From contig JAQWEN010000001.1 of the NCBI GenBank assembly GCA_028704885.1, positions 651,203-715,202 of the forward strand: a stretch of 64,000 nt of DNA, read 5' to 3'. The position numbers and the translations under genes are program-made. Numbering within the stretch: position 1 is the first letter of the stretch; each line of letters begins with the position of its first letter. Origin of the DNA: Candidatus Shapirobacteria bacterium (GTDB lineage Bacteria; Patescibacteriota; Microgenomatia; UBA12405). Under the pieces are notes generated by a model. The model did not search any database. It saw only the letters and a list, made by a program, of their open reading frames with translations, and was not told where the DNA came from. This document shows, piece by piece, positions 1 through 7,842 of the stretch.

Positions 1-1475
1 TTAATATACAACACGTCAGCTTCACTATTGTGAAAATTACGAAAAGCATCTTCTATTGAATCAACAATAGGTTCCCCTGCAATATTTAAAGAACTATTCA
101 TAAGTATTGGAACTCCAGTGATCTTACCAATCTCAACGAGAAGCTCATGAAGTACCGGATTGTCTGATTTGCTAATTGTTTGTATTCTTGATGTGTCATC
201 ATAATGAACAATTGCTGGGGCTATTTTTTTTAAAACCTGATTTATTTTTGGCGAAAAAGTCATAAAAGGTGATGGGTGATTGATTTTGAAAAATTTTGAT
301 AAATTTTCTTCGGTTGTTATTGGTGATATTGGACGATAAGGTTCTCTTTTTTTTATATCTATACTAAGTTTATCTTTTAATTTAATAGTTGATGGAAGAC
401 CTAAAAAACTTCTATGACCTAACGCTCTCGGACCAATTTCACTTTTTCCTTGATACCAAGCAATAATTTTTTTATCAACTAAATCTTGAATTAGTCTATT
501 TGGAATCTTTTTAATATCATCACCAAAATGTCTACCTAAAAATGGATACTTGCAAATAGTGTTTGGATATCTATACATAATTGCACCTAATGATTGTCCA
601 CAATCACTAGCTATCGGAGTTGTAATTATTTTTTTAAAAATTTTTAAATCATCTAAGGCTGATATTAAAGAAACATTTAAAGCACAACCTCCGACTAAGG
701 CTATATTTTTACTAATATTGCTATGTTTTAATATTTTTTCTATAAAATTATTTTGCCAGTACAGCTGAGCTGTAAATGCTAAATCACATCTTTTTTCATC
801 TCGCCATGGTTTTGAATAATCATTGGATAAACCGAATATTTTATTAAGATTTTCAACACCATCATTATGAAGTTTATTTATCTCTTTGCCATTTTTTTCT
901 AATAAATTATTATAATTTACTGAATATTTACCTAATCCAGCAAGACCCATGGTTTTTCCTGGATAAGTATCGTGTGCTCGACCAACGTTTGGATCAATAA
1001 CCATCTGTGTTATAGTTCCATAGAATTTTCCAGTAATAACTTCACTATCATAATCTGCTATTAAAGAAATATTGTTGTTATTGTCTTTATAATAAAATTT
1101 AGTGGTTCCATCTTCTGACCCACCATCGGCACAAACAATTAAACAATCAGATTTGTGAATAGGAAAAATTGTACCAATATGATTATTGTGATGTCCTGTT
1201 TCTATTAGATTAAAATTCTTACCATTTATTGTTTCGTTTGAATTAAATTGATTGTTCCACTTTGCTACCAAAACTTCTTTTACTTGTTTTATATCTATAT
1301 TTAAATAGTGAAGTGAATAATTTATTAACTCGAACATTTGTTCTTTGTTTAAATGAATGTGTTTTTTTCTAAAATATCTTTCTGCTTCTAAATGAAGAAT
1401 TATTTCTTTGTCGTCGGCGAAGGTAATAGATGAATCATGGTAACCAAAATATACTGAAAGTATGTAATTTTTCAT
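1..1475 (-). CDS. NodU/CmcH/TobZ-family carbamoyltransferase (3'-partial; C-terminus runs off the window start)
   Basis: Not in the ORF track because no stop lies in the window. Start ATG = revcomp of cat at 1473-1475. The N-terminus MKNYILSVYFGYHDSSITFADDKEIILHLEAERYFRKKH matches the carbamoyltransferase N-terminal signature (YHDS...EERF.R.KH). The Kae1-like core has LVGGCALNVSL (GGVALN motif) and SDCGQSLGA. The C-terminal YrdC-like carbamoyltransferase domain has RSFLG...REPYRPISP...PAIVHYDDTSRIQT...PILMNSSLNIAGEPIV. It lies 9 nt downstream of the viperin-like gene. Confidence 0.85.
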   Translation of the reverse strand, partial: MKNYILSVYFGYHDSSITFADDKEIILHLEAERYFRKKHIHLNKEQMFELINYSLHYLNIDIKQVKEVLVAKWNNQFNSNETINGKNFNLIETGHHNNHIGTIFPIHKSDCLIVCADGGSEDGTTKFYYKDNNNNISLIADYDSEVITGKFYGTITQMVIDPNVGRAHDTYPGKTMGLAGLGKYSVNYNNLLEKNGKEINKLHNDGVENLNKIFGLSNDYSKPWRDEKRCDLAFTAQLYWQNNFIEKILKHSNISKNIALVGGCALNVSLISALDDLKIFKKIITTPIASDCGQSLGAIMYRYPNTICKYPFLGRHFGDDIKKIPNRLIQDLVDKKIIAWYQGKSEIGPRALGHRSFLGLPSTIKLKDKLSIDIKKREPYRPISPITTEENLSKFFKINHPSPFMTFSPKINQVLKKIAPAIVHYDDTSRIQTISKSDNPVLHELLVEIGKITGVPILMNSSLNIAGEPIVDSIEDAFRNFHNSEADVLYI

Positions 1476-1484
1476 ATTTTTTAA

Positions 1485-2456
1485 TTACTTTATTGTCCAC
1501 TCTCTATTATTGATTGTTTTTTTAATTGTTTTTTGAAATTTGGTTATCGTTTCATATATATCTTCTTTGTTTGCATTGTTAGTATCTAAAATACTTCTAT
1601 GTTTATTATCTACCAACTGAAGCATTCCATCTGGAGAAACAAAAAAATAAGCATTATTGTGATCTGAGTTTGCACGAGGAGCTATATTTGCCTGAGGAAA
1701 TCTTTTTTTTAGATGATTAATAACTGACCAAAATTTTTGATCGTCAATTTCGTATCGTTTAGCATTATTTTCTCCCCTTTCTATTTTTTCAAATTGATAA
1801 ATTCGCCAAATGTCGGGATGAGATATCCCTGGTGTTTCATATAATAAGACTCCTATATTTTCAATATCATCAATATTTATTTTTGAAACTATTGTCCCAA
1901 TTTTAATTTTATGGTCTGGTTTTTCTTTATCTAAATAAACAAGTATAGATTTTACATTATCAATCATATAAGAAGCCCTTCCCATCAAATTGTTCATTTT
2001 TTTATTTGATCCATCAAGAGGTAACCCTAAAACTTTGATATTATCTTTAATTTCTTTATATCTTGTAGAGAGATATGTACCATTTGTCGATAAATATACT
2101 GAAATATCTAAATTATTTGCAATTTTTATAATTTCTGGAGTATCTTTTCTAAGAAGCGGTTCCCCACCACCAATATTAATCTTTTTTAATCCTAACTCAG
2201 CAAATGTTATTAATAATTTTGTAATTTGATCAAATGTTAATTCAGGTCTAGATTCATTTAATCCAGTTATATTTATAGTTTCAATACTAGGTTTGTATAA
2301 AAAGACCTCTTGTGAATTTATCTCTTTAATATTTTGATTATCTATTGGATTATCAGCACCATAACAAAAAGGACATTTCATATCACACCTACCAGTTATA
2401 AAAAAATCGATTATAAGATCTGGACTTAATTTATTATTTTTATTTTTTTTTATCAT
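1485..2456 (-). CDS. radical SAM enzyme, viperin-like (prokaryotic viperin/pVip candidate; predicted ddhNTP synthase)
   Basis: CxxxCxxC motif in ITGRCDMKCPFCYG. The SAM-binding motif INIGGGEPLL is present. Blocks resemble animal viperin: KINIGGGEPLL vs KINFSGGEPFL; YLSTNGTYL vs SIVSNGSLI; PLDGSNKKMNNLMGRAS vs SCDSFDEEVNVLIGRGQG; and the viperin-specific C-terminal block DIWRIYQFEKIERGENN vs VRWKVFQCLLIEGENCG. Its 323 aa matches the viperin core length. It is adjacent to a P-loop nucleotide kinase, as for described pVips. Confidence 0.65.
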   Translation of the reverse strand: MIKKNKNNKLSPDLIIDFFITGRCDMKCPFCYGADNPIDNQNIKEINSQEVFLYKPSIETINITGLNESRPELTFDQITKLLITFAELGLKKINIGGGEPLLRKDTPEIIKIANNLDISVYLSTNGTYLSTRYKEIKDNIKVLGLPLDGSNKKMNNLMGRASYMIDNVKSILVYLDKEKPDHKIKIGTIVSKINIDDIENIGVLLYETPGISHPDIWRIYQFEKIERGENNAKRYEIDDQKFWSVINHLKKRFPQANIAPRANSDHNNAYFFVSPDGMLQLVDNKHRSILDTNNANKEDIYETITKFQKTIKKTINNREWTIK

Positions 2457-2465
2457 TTTAAATGA

Positions 2466-3296
2466 TTAAATTATGTGTGATTTGATTATTGAAACAATAT
2501 CATCTATTGGCTTGTCTGTTTCTATCACAATATATTCAAGACCAATTTCTTGTTTGGCTATTTCCAAGGCTTGATGAAAACCTCTTGATTCATTTACAAT
2601 TACATTATAACTACTATAATCCCAGAGACTAATTTCTTTTTTAAGTAAATTGGGATTTTTTTCAATAATTTTTTTTGTATTTAAAATGATTTTTTCTCTT
2701 ACATCTGAAGGAGGCTGGATAATATCTAATGCATTATTTATCATTGAATCTTGATTTTCGACGCCAATAGTAGATCTTGCTAATTGTCTAGATATAGAAA
2801 TAACAGGATCAATATCAAGTAAAAATATTTTCTTAATATTAAGAAGTTTTGTGAGCTTTAAGGCTTCTTCTTTAATTTCATCTATATAGGGATTATTAGG
2901 ATCTTCAGAAAGACAAAAGGCTAAAGTCATTAGTGGAGTGCGATCTAAAAGATGATAGGTATTTTCATTATATGAATCAAGACTTTTTAAAAATAAATTT
3001 GTTTGATATTTTGTGGCAAGTCTAAACAATTTTTGTTTTTTATGATCTTCAAGTTGGCGTTCGGTTTGATTACCTTGTTTTCTTTGTTCTTCTCTGGCAT
3101 ATAAAATTTTTTTTAATGTACCTACTCTTTCGGAATTTCCCATTCCAGCAATTTTAGAAATTACAACCTCATTTTCATTAGATTTAAGAGATTCACTAAG
3201 TTTTATTAACGAATGGCTTTTTCCAGAACCGCCTATACCATCAATAGCGTATATTTTTCTATTAAATATTTCCCTATGTTCACATTCAATATTCAC
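2466..3296 (-). CDS. thymidylate-kinase-family P-loop nucleoside-monophosphate kinase (Tmk-like, divergent)
   Basis: P-loop IYAIDGIGGSGKSHS matches Tmk G-x-DG-xGKST. A DR motif is present (LLDRTPLMTLAF). An insertion rich in charged residues is present. The start is GTG. It ends 10 nt upstream of the viperin-like gene. Confidence 0.65.
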   Translation of the reverse strand: MNIECEHREIFNRKIYAIDGIGGSGKSHSLIKLSESLKSNENEVVISKIAGMGNSERVGTLKKILYAREEQRKQGNQTERQLEDHKKQKLFRLATKYQTNLFLKSLDSYNENTYHLLDRTPLMTLAFCLSEDPNNPYIDEIKEEALKLTKLLNIKKIFLLDIDPVISISRQLARSTIGVENQDSMINNALDIIQPPSDVREKIILNTKKIIEKNPNLLKKEISLWDYSSYNVIVNESRGFHQALEIAKQEIGLEYIVIETDKPIDDIVSIIKSHII

Positions 3297-3357
3297 ATTT
3301 TGTATTATATCAGGTAATTTTTTTTATTGTTTATTTGATAATAAACCGCAAATAAAA

Positions 3358-3864
3358 TTAAAATTCCTTATTCGGTTGAGAGATATCTATTAATTTAATT
3401 TTTGTTTTGTTCATCATTGTTTCGTCACCAGGTTTCAATTTATTTAATCTACTAATAATGGGTGCTTGAAAAGATATTGTTTCTGAATTATTTTCTACTT
3501 CTGTTGAGATTGTTGCATCCCATGGAGTACCGATTTTAAGAATTGTATTTTTATCTTCATTTTCAAATCTAATAACTAATTTTCTGCCAATAATAAAACC
3601 TTCTACAGATTCACCTTCTCTAATTATCACTGCATTATTCAATGCTTTTGTTCTTCTCGAGATTTCATCTTCAATACTATTCCAACCACCTAAAGCATCT
3701 AAAACTGTAGCTGATTGTCTAAAAGTACCGAGATCATAAGATTCATTAACAGTTGTTAGTTCTGCTTCTCTTTTTTTTTCTAGAGTTTCAATGCTGACTT
3801 TTAATAAATCTCTAGTTTTTTGTGTCATATAATCAGATATTTTTTCCATATGGTATTTTATCAT
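3358..3864 (-). CDS. greA: GreA/GreB-family transcription elongation factor
   Basis: N-terminal coiled-coil region. The C-terminal FKBP-like block IIGRKLVIRFE...ISFQAPIISRLNKLKPGDE matches the GreA ISxxSPxGxALxGKxVGD region. Size is 168 aa. Confidence 0.65.
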   Translation of the reverse strand: MIKYHMEKISDYMTQKTRDLLKVSIETLEKKREAELTTVNESYDLGTFRQSATVLDALGGWNSIEDEISRRTKALNNAVIIREGESVEGFIIGRKLVIRFENEDKNTILKIGTPWDATISTEVENNSETISFQAPIISRLNKLKPGDETMMNKTKIKLIDISQPNKEF

Positions 3865-3912
3865 TTAAAATTATTACTTTAAAAGTAAATAAATCTTGAT
3901 TATTAAGATAAT

Positions 3913-3949
3913 TTGTAACCAAAAACCCTCCGATGTTTTTCGGAGGGTT
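3913..3949 (-). terminator. rho-independent terminator downstream of pnp
   Basis: Hairpin aaccctccg-N8-cggagggtt (3924-3949) followed on the minus strand by a T-run (revcomp of ttgtaaccaaaaa). Confidence 0.6.
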
Positions 3950-3971
3950 AAAATTTTAATTTAAATTTTAT

Positions 3972-6179
3972 TTATCTTCGAGGGCGGAAGCCACCAGAGC
4001 GATTATCGTCTCGGCGAGGTGGAGTGAAATTTCGGAAACCACCAGTGCGATTATCTTGACCTTGGCCTTCTTCGCGAGGTTGGCCTGGGTGAGCGGCTTT
4101 AAACTCTGGAGAAGCTAATTTAATTTGATGGTTGTCATTGAATCCGGCAATTTTGACGTTTAGATGATCACCAACTTTAATAATAGAAGATGGATCAGAT
4201 AAAAATCCGCCTGACATTTCAGAGACATGAAGCAAAGCTTCACGACCTGGTAAGAATTCAACAAAAGCACCATAGGCTTCGACTCGGGTAACAATACCTT
4301 CATAGTCTTCACCAATTTCAACTTCTTTAATCATGGATTCAATTTCGTAAGCAGCTTTGTCAATATTTTCCTGATTTTGGGAAGAAATTGAAGCTTTTCC
4401 AAAATCATCAATGTCGATTTGGACATCGTATTTTTCCATGAGAGCTTTGATGGTTTTACCACCGCTGCCGATAACTTCACCGATTTTGTCTTCTGGAAGA
4501 GCAACCATTTTAATTTTTGGAGCAAATTCAGAAAGTTGGGCTCGTGGAGCAGCCAAAACTGATTCCATTTTGTCTAAAATTTGAAGTCTGGCTTTAGTTG
4601 AAGCGACAAAAGTGTCGGTGATCATTTTTAAAGTAAGACCGGCTCTTTTGATGTCTAATTGAATAGCAGTGATGCCATTTCTGGTTCCAGTGATTTTGAA
4701 ATCCATGTCACCATTATGATCTTCGGTTCCAGCAATGTCGGTTAAAAGAACATAGTTATCGTCAGTTTCAGCAACTAGACCGATGGAAATTCCAGCGACT
4801 TTGTCTTTGATGGGAACACCAGCGTCCATAAGGGACATAGTGGATCCACAAGTTGAAGCCATAGAAGATGAACCGTTTTGAGATAAAACTTCAGAGGTTA
4901 AAACAATAGTATAGGGAAATTCTTCTTCAGTAGGAATGACCGGAATTAAGGCTTTTTCAGCAAGAGCACCATGACCGATTTCGCGACGACCTGGACGACC
5001 AACTCGACCGGTTTGACCAGTGGAGAAAGGTTGAGCAGAATAATAATGAAGATATCTTTTGGTGGTTTCACCGCTGGAATCTTCGAGATATTGTTTTTCA
5101 GATAAAGGAGCAAGGGTGGTAACCGTAATAGCTTGAGTTAAACCTCTTTGGAAAAAAGCTGAACCATGAACACAAGGAAGAACACCAACTTCGATAGTCA
5201 AAGGACGGATTTCGTCCATTTTTCGATGATCAAAACGAATGCCTTTTAAAGTTCGAATACGAAGAGTAGTTCTAATAACTGAATCAACAGCCGCAATTAA
5301 ATGATTTTTAGAAATTTCTTCAGATTCAATTTTGGCTTCATAAGCCTCTAAAACTTGATCAACAATTTTTTCTTGACCAGCCATATGAGAACCATCAACA
5401 CCAGCTTCTAAAAAGGCCTCAACATCGGCTTTAATTTTAGATTCGATTTCTTTAATCAAATCAGCGGATGGACCAGCTGATTCATATTTGATCTTTTCCT
5501 TACCGCATTCTTTGGCCCAGGCAGTGATTTCTTTATTAACTTCATCACTAGTAGTTTTAGCTAATTCAATACCTTTTAGGGCAATATCATTGGCAACGAT
5601 ATTAGCGTCACATTCAATCATATTGACGCCAGCAGGGCTAGTACAAACTAAAAGATCCATATTGGATTTTTCTAATTCTTTGGATGAGGGATTTAAAGTT
5701 AATTGATCATTAATATAACCAACACGGACAGCGGAAACTGGACCGTTAAATGGGATATCAGAGATGGCTAAAGCGGCAGCAGCGGCAGTGAAGGCAGGAA
5801 TAACAACATCATTATCTTTATCATTACTTAGAACAGTAGCGATAATTTGAACTTCGTTCATAAAATCACTAGGGAAAAGAGGGCGAAGAGATCGGTCGAT
5901 AATTCGGCCAAAAAGGACAGCACTATCAGAAGGACCACCATCGCGTTTAATCCATTTTCCACCTTTAACGATGCCGCCAGCATAAAGCTTGTCGACAAAT
6001 TCGATAGACAAAGGAAAATAATCCTTAGAATCGTCGGTTTTACCCATAATAACGGTGGCTAAAACAGTAGTATTGCCGTATTGAGCCACGACTGAGGCAT
6101 TGGTTTGAGGAGCGAGTTTACCAGTTTGGAGAGTAATCTTTTTGCCGCCCACTAGAATATCTTTTGTATACATTTCCAT
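3972..6179 (-). CDS. pnp: polynucleotide phosphorylase (PNPase) with Gly/Arg-rich C-terminal tail
   Basis: Two RNase PH-like domains plus KH and S1 domains (IGSGGKTIKAL...; GIVTRVEAYGAFVEF). The C-terminal tail is EEGQGQDNRTGGFRNFTPPRRDDNRSGGFRPRR. Conserved rpsO-pnp pair. Confidence 0.95.
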   Translation of the reverse strand: MEMYTKDILVGGKKITLQTGKLAPQTNASVVAQYGNTTVLATVIMGKTDDSKDYFPLSIEFVDKLYAGGIVKGGKWIKRDGGPSDSAVLFGRIIDRSLRPLFPSDFMNEVQIIATVLSNDKDNDVVIPAFTAAAAALAISDIPFNGPVSAVRVGYINDQLTLNPSSKELEKSNMDLLVCTSPAGVNMIECDANIVANDIALKGIELAKTTSDEVNKEITAWAKECGKEKIKYESAGPSADLIKEIESKIKADVEAFLEAGVDGSHMAGQEKIVDQVLEAYEAKIESEEISKNHLIAAVDSVIRTTLRIRTLKGIRFDHRKMDEIRPLTIEVGVLPCVHGSAFFQRGLTQAITVTTLAPLSEKQYLEDSSGETTKRYLHYYSAQPFSTGQTGRVGRPGRREIGHGALAEKALIPVIPTEEEFPYTIVLTSEVLSQNGSSSMASTCGSTMSLMDAGVPIKDKVAGISIGLVAETDDNYVLLTDIAGTEDHNGDMDFKITGTRNGITAIQLDIKRAGLTLKMITDTFVASTKARLQILDKMESVLAAPRAQLSEFAPKIKMVALPEDKIGEVIGSGGKTIKALMEKYDVQIDIDDFGKASISSQNQENIDKAAYEIESMIKEVEIGEDYEGIVTRVEAYGAFVEFLPGREALLHVSEMSGGFLSDPSSIIKVGDHLNVKIAGFNDNHQIKLASPEFKAAHPGQPREEGQGQDNRTGGFRNFTPPRRDDNRSGGFRPRR

Positions 6180-6201
6180 AATTAATTATAAACGAACAGA
6201 A

Positions 6202-6471
6202 TTATTTTTTAAGACCAAGAGCTTTGGTTATTGCGGTATATCTATCAGCATTGTGAGCCGAGACATAACGAAGTAGACGTCGTCTTTTGGAAATCTTGCT
6301 TAAAATACCGCGTTTAGCAGGAGAATCGTGTTTGTTTTCGGTTAAATGACCTTGAAGCTTGTCGATTTCTTTGGTTAAAATAGCGATTTGAACTTCTGGA
6401 GAACCAGTATCACCCTTATCTTGAGCAAACTTAGTAATAATTTCTTGTTTTTCTTCTTTGGTTAATGCCAT
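6202..6471 (-). CDS. rpsO: 30S ribosomal protein S15
   Basis: 89 aa. MALTKEEKQEII...HLTENKHDSPAKRGIL...RRLLRY is a typical S15. Immediately upstream of pnp. Confidence 0.95.
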   Translation of the reverse strand: MALTKEEKQEIITKFAQDKGDTGSPEVQIAILTKEIDKLQGHLTENKHDSPAKRGILSKISKRRRLLRYVSAHNADRYTAITKALGLKK

Positions 6472-6652
6472 AGAATTATGCGGCTATTATCGGTTAAAAA
6501 TTAATATTTTGGAATGGCTACCAAAAGACCGAATATAGTCAGAAACGATTATAACATGAAGGAAGAAAAAAAGAACAGGTGTGAAGAATGGGGTTGGGTG
6601 GTGCTGAAGAGCAATAAATGCTTTATTTTTTGTTTCAACACCACCCGGATTA

Positions 6653-7006
6653 TCAAGTTTTTTCAAGATCAGACTGAAGCTTTTCATAAAGATGGAGGGA
6701 TTTTTGAATTATTTTGCTATTCGATTTGTTATCAACAAAAAATCTCTTTGTTGCTTCCGTTAACAGATTTACGTCTGTTAATGTAATATTGTTCTCGGAA
6801 GTTAGTATACCGGCAATCCCCCTAAATAACTTATAAGAAATCACGAGAGATTCACGATCAAGATCACTATTGATATAGTAATTCTTGATTTTGTCGGCAA
6901 TTACTGATCGAACTTCTGGATCGAGGATTTCATTTAATTCTTTGACTTTAATTGTAATACTAGTGATGATGTTAAAAATTTTTACGAGATCATTGCCATC
7001 TTTCAC
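6653..7006 (-). CDS. hypothetical protein (weak resemblance to DUF503/YlxP-like proteins found near infB)
   Basis: 117 aa with a GTG start. The block LFRGIAGILTSEN...LLTEATKRFFVDN loosely fits the YlxP pattern (LW..A.LGVAVVSNS...ML.AV.RFVESH). Position is between infB and rpsO. Confidence 0.35.
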   Translation of the reverse strand: MKDGNDLVKIFNIITSITIKVKELNEILDPEVRSVIADKIKNYYINSDLDRESLVISYKLFRGIAGILTSENNITLTDVNLLTEATKRFFVDNKSNSKIIQKSLHLYEKLQSDLEKT

Positions 7007-7082
7007 AAAAACCGCCTCCTTTCCTTATTTTTCACACCTGTTTTTAAAGAACTGGGGAATTTTATCATAAATAGGTTCAAAC

Positions 7083-7108
7083 ATCAAAAAACCCCGCAGC
7101 AGCGGGGT
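7083..7108 (-). terminator. rho-independent terminator downstream of the 7130-7825 gene
   Basis: GC hairpin ccccgc-agca-gcgggg (7092-7107) followed by a T-run on the minus strand. Confidence 0.55.
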
Positions 7109-7129
7109 TTAAAAAGACTTTTTTAAAAA

Positions 7130-7825
7130 TTAGATTTGAGTGGCGCGGAGACAAACAGCACCAGCTTCAAATGTTTCAGGAGAAACATTGACTGAGAAAG
7201 ATTGAGTGGCAACTCGAAGGGCAATTAAAAGGTTTTTAGCTGAATCTGGGGTTAATTCCAAACCAAGCATAGGCAATAAGAAAGTTAAGATTTCAGAAAA
7301 AGGAGCATCTTGATCGATGATATTAGCCTTAGCCCAAGATTTTTCAACATTGGTTGGAGAAATATTAATCCAAGCACCTTTATCAACGATGTTGGAGTGA
7401 GCACCTAAAAGGGTTTCATCACCAAAGACAAAATTAATATCAGCAGTGCTGGCTTGATTACTAATTAAGATTTGATTTTCAGCAACTTTTGGAGAACCAT
7501 CTTTGGTTTGAACAACCAAATTTAATTTTCCGCCGTCTTGATTATAAGTAACTTTTTCAATTTGATCTAAAGGATAATCCAAAGTGACAATTAAGTCGTT
7601 TGGATTATAAATATCGGTTAAAAGTTCAAGTCCACTTAATTTAGTGTAATTGGCATCAGTTTTTTGAGGACAAAAAACTTTGGTAGTAATATTGGATTTT
7701 TTTAAAAGCAAAGCTAAAGCTAGAGCTGAACCGATGGAATCAACATTGAGTTGAGGCACAGCGATTAAAGCTGTTTTAGCGGTAGAAAGTAAATTTTTGA
7801 CTTCAGAAACGTTATAGTTTTTCAT
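7130..7825 (-). CDS. DHH-superfamily-like protein with degenerate catalytic motifs
   Basis: The N-terminus TALIAVPQLNVDSIGSALALALLL fits the DHH motif-I region (H..PDGDAIGS) but lacks the Asp/His residues. Located directly downstream of infB, as DHH phosphoesterases are in Actinobacteria (infB-rbfA-nrnA). Confidence 0.4.
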   Translation of the reverse strand: MKNYNVSEVKNLLSTAKTALIAVPQLNVDSIGSALALALLLKKSNITTKVFCPQKTDANYTKLSGLELLTDIYNPNDLIVTLDYPLDQIEKVTYNQDGGKLNLVVQTKDGSPKVAENQILISNQASTADINFVFGDETLLGAHSNIVDKGAWINISPTNVEKSWAKANIIDQDAPFSEILTFLLPMLGLELTPDSAKNLLIALRVATQSFSVNVSPETFEAGAVCLRATQI

Positions 7826-7842
7826 AAAAATCCTGCTTATTT

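Noticed and set aside
550-768. 72-aa plus-strand ORF inside the carbamoyltransferase gene
   Set aside because: Fully antisense to a well-supported CDS. Low-complexity hydrophobic translation typical of AT-rich antisense frames.
1990-2229. 79-aa plus-strand ORF inside the viperin-like gene
   Set aside because: Antisense to a conserved radical SAM CDS. No features.
6487-6786. Overlapping 66-aa (-) and 90-aa (+) ORFs in the rpsO upstream spacer
   Set aside because: Mutually overlapping, no SD and no recognisable protein features. The region more likely holds the rpsO promoter and leader, with a possible leader hairpin gggtggtg...caccaccc.
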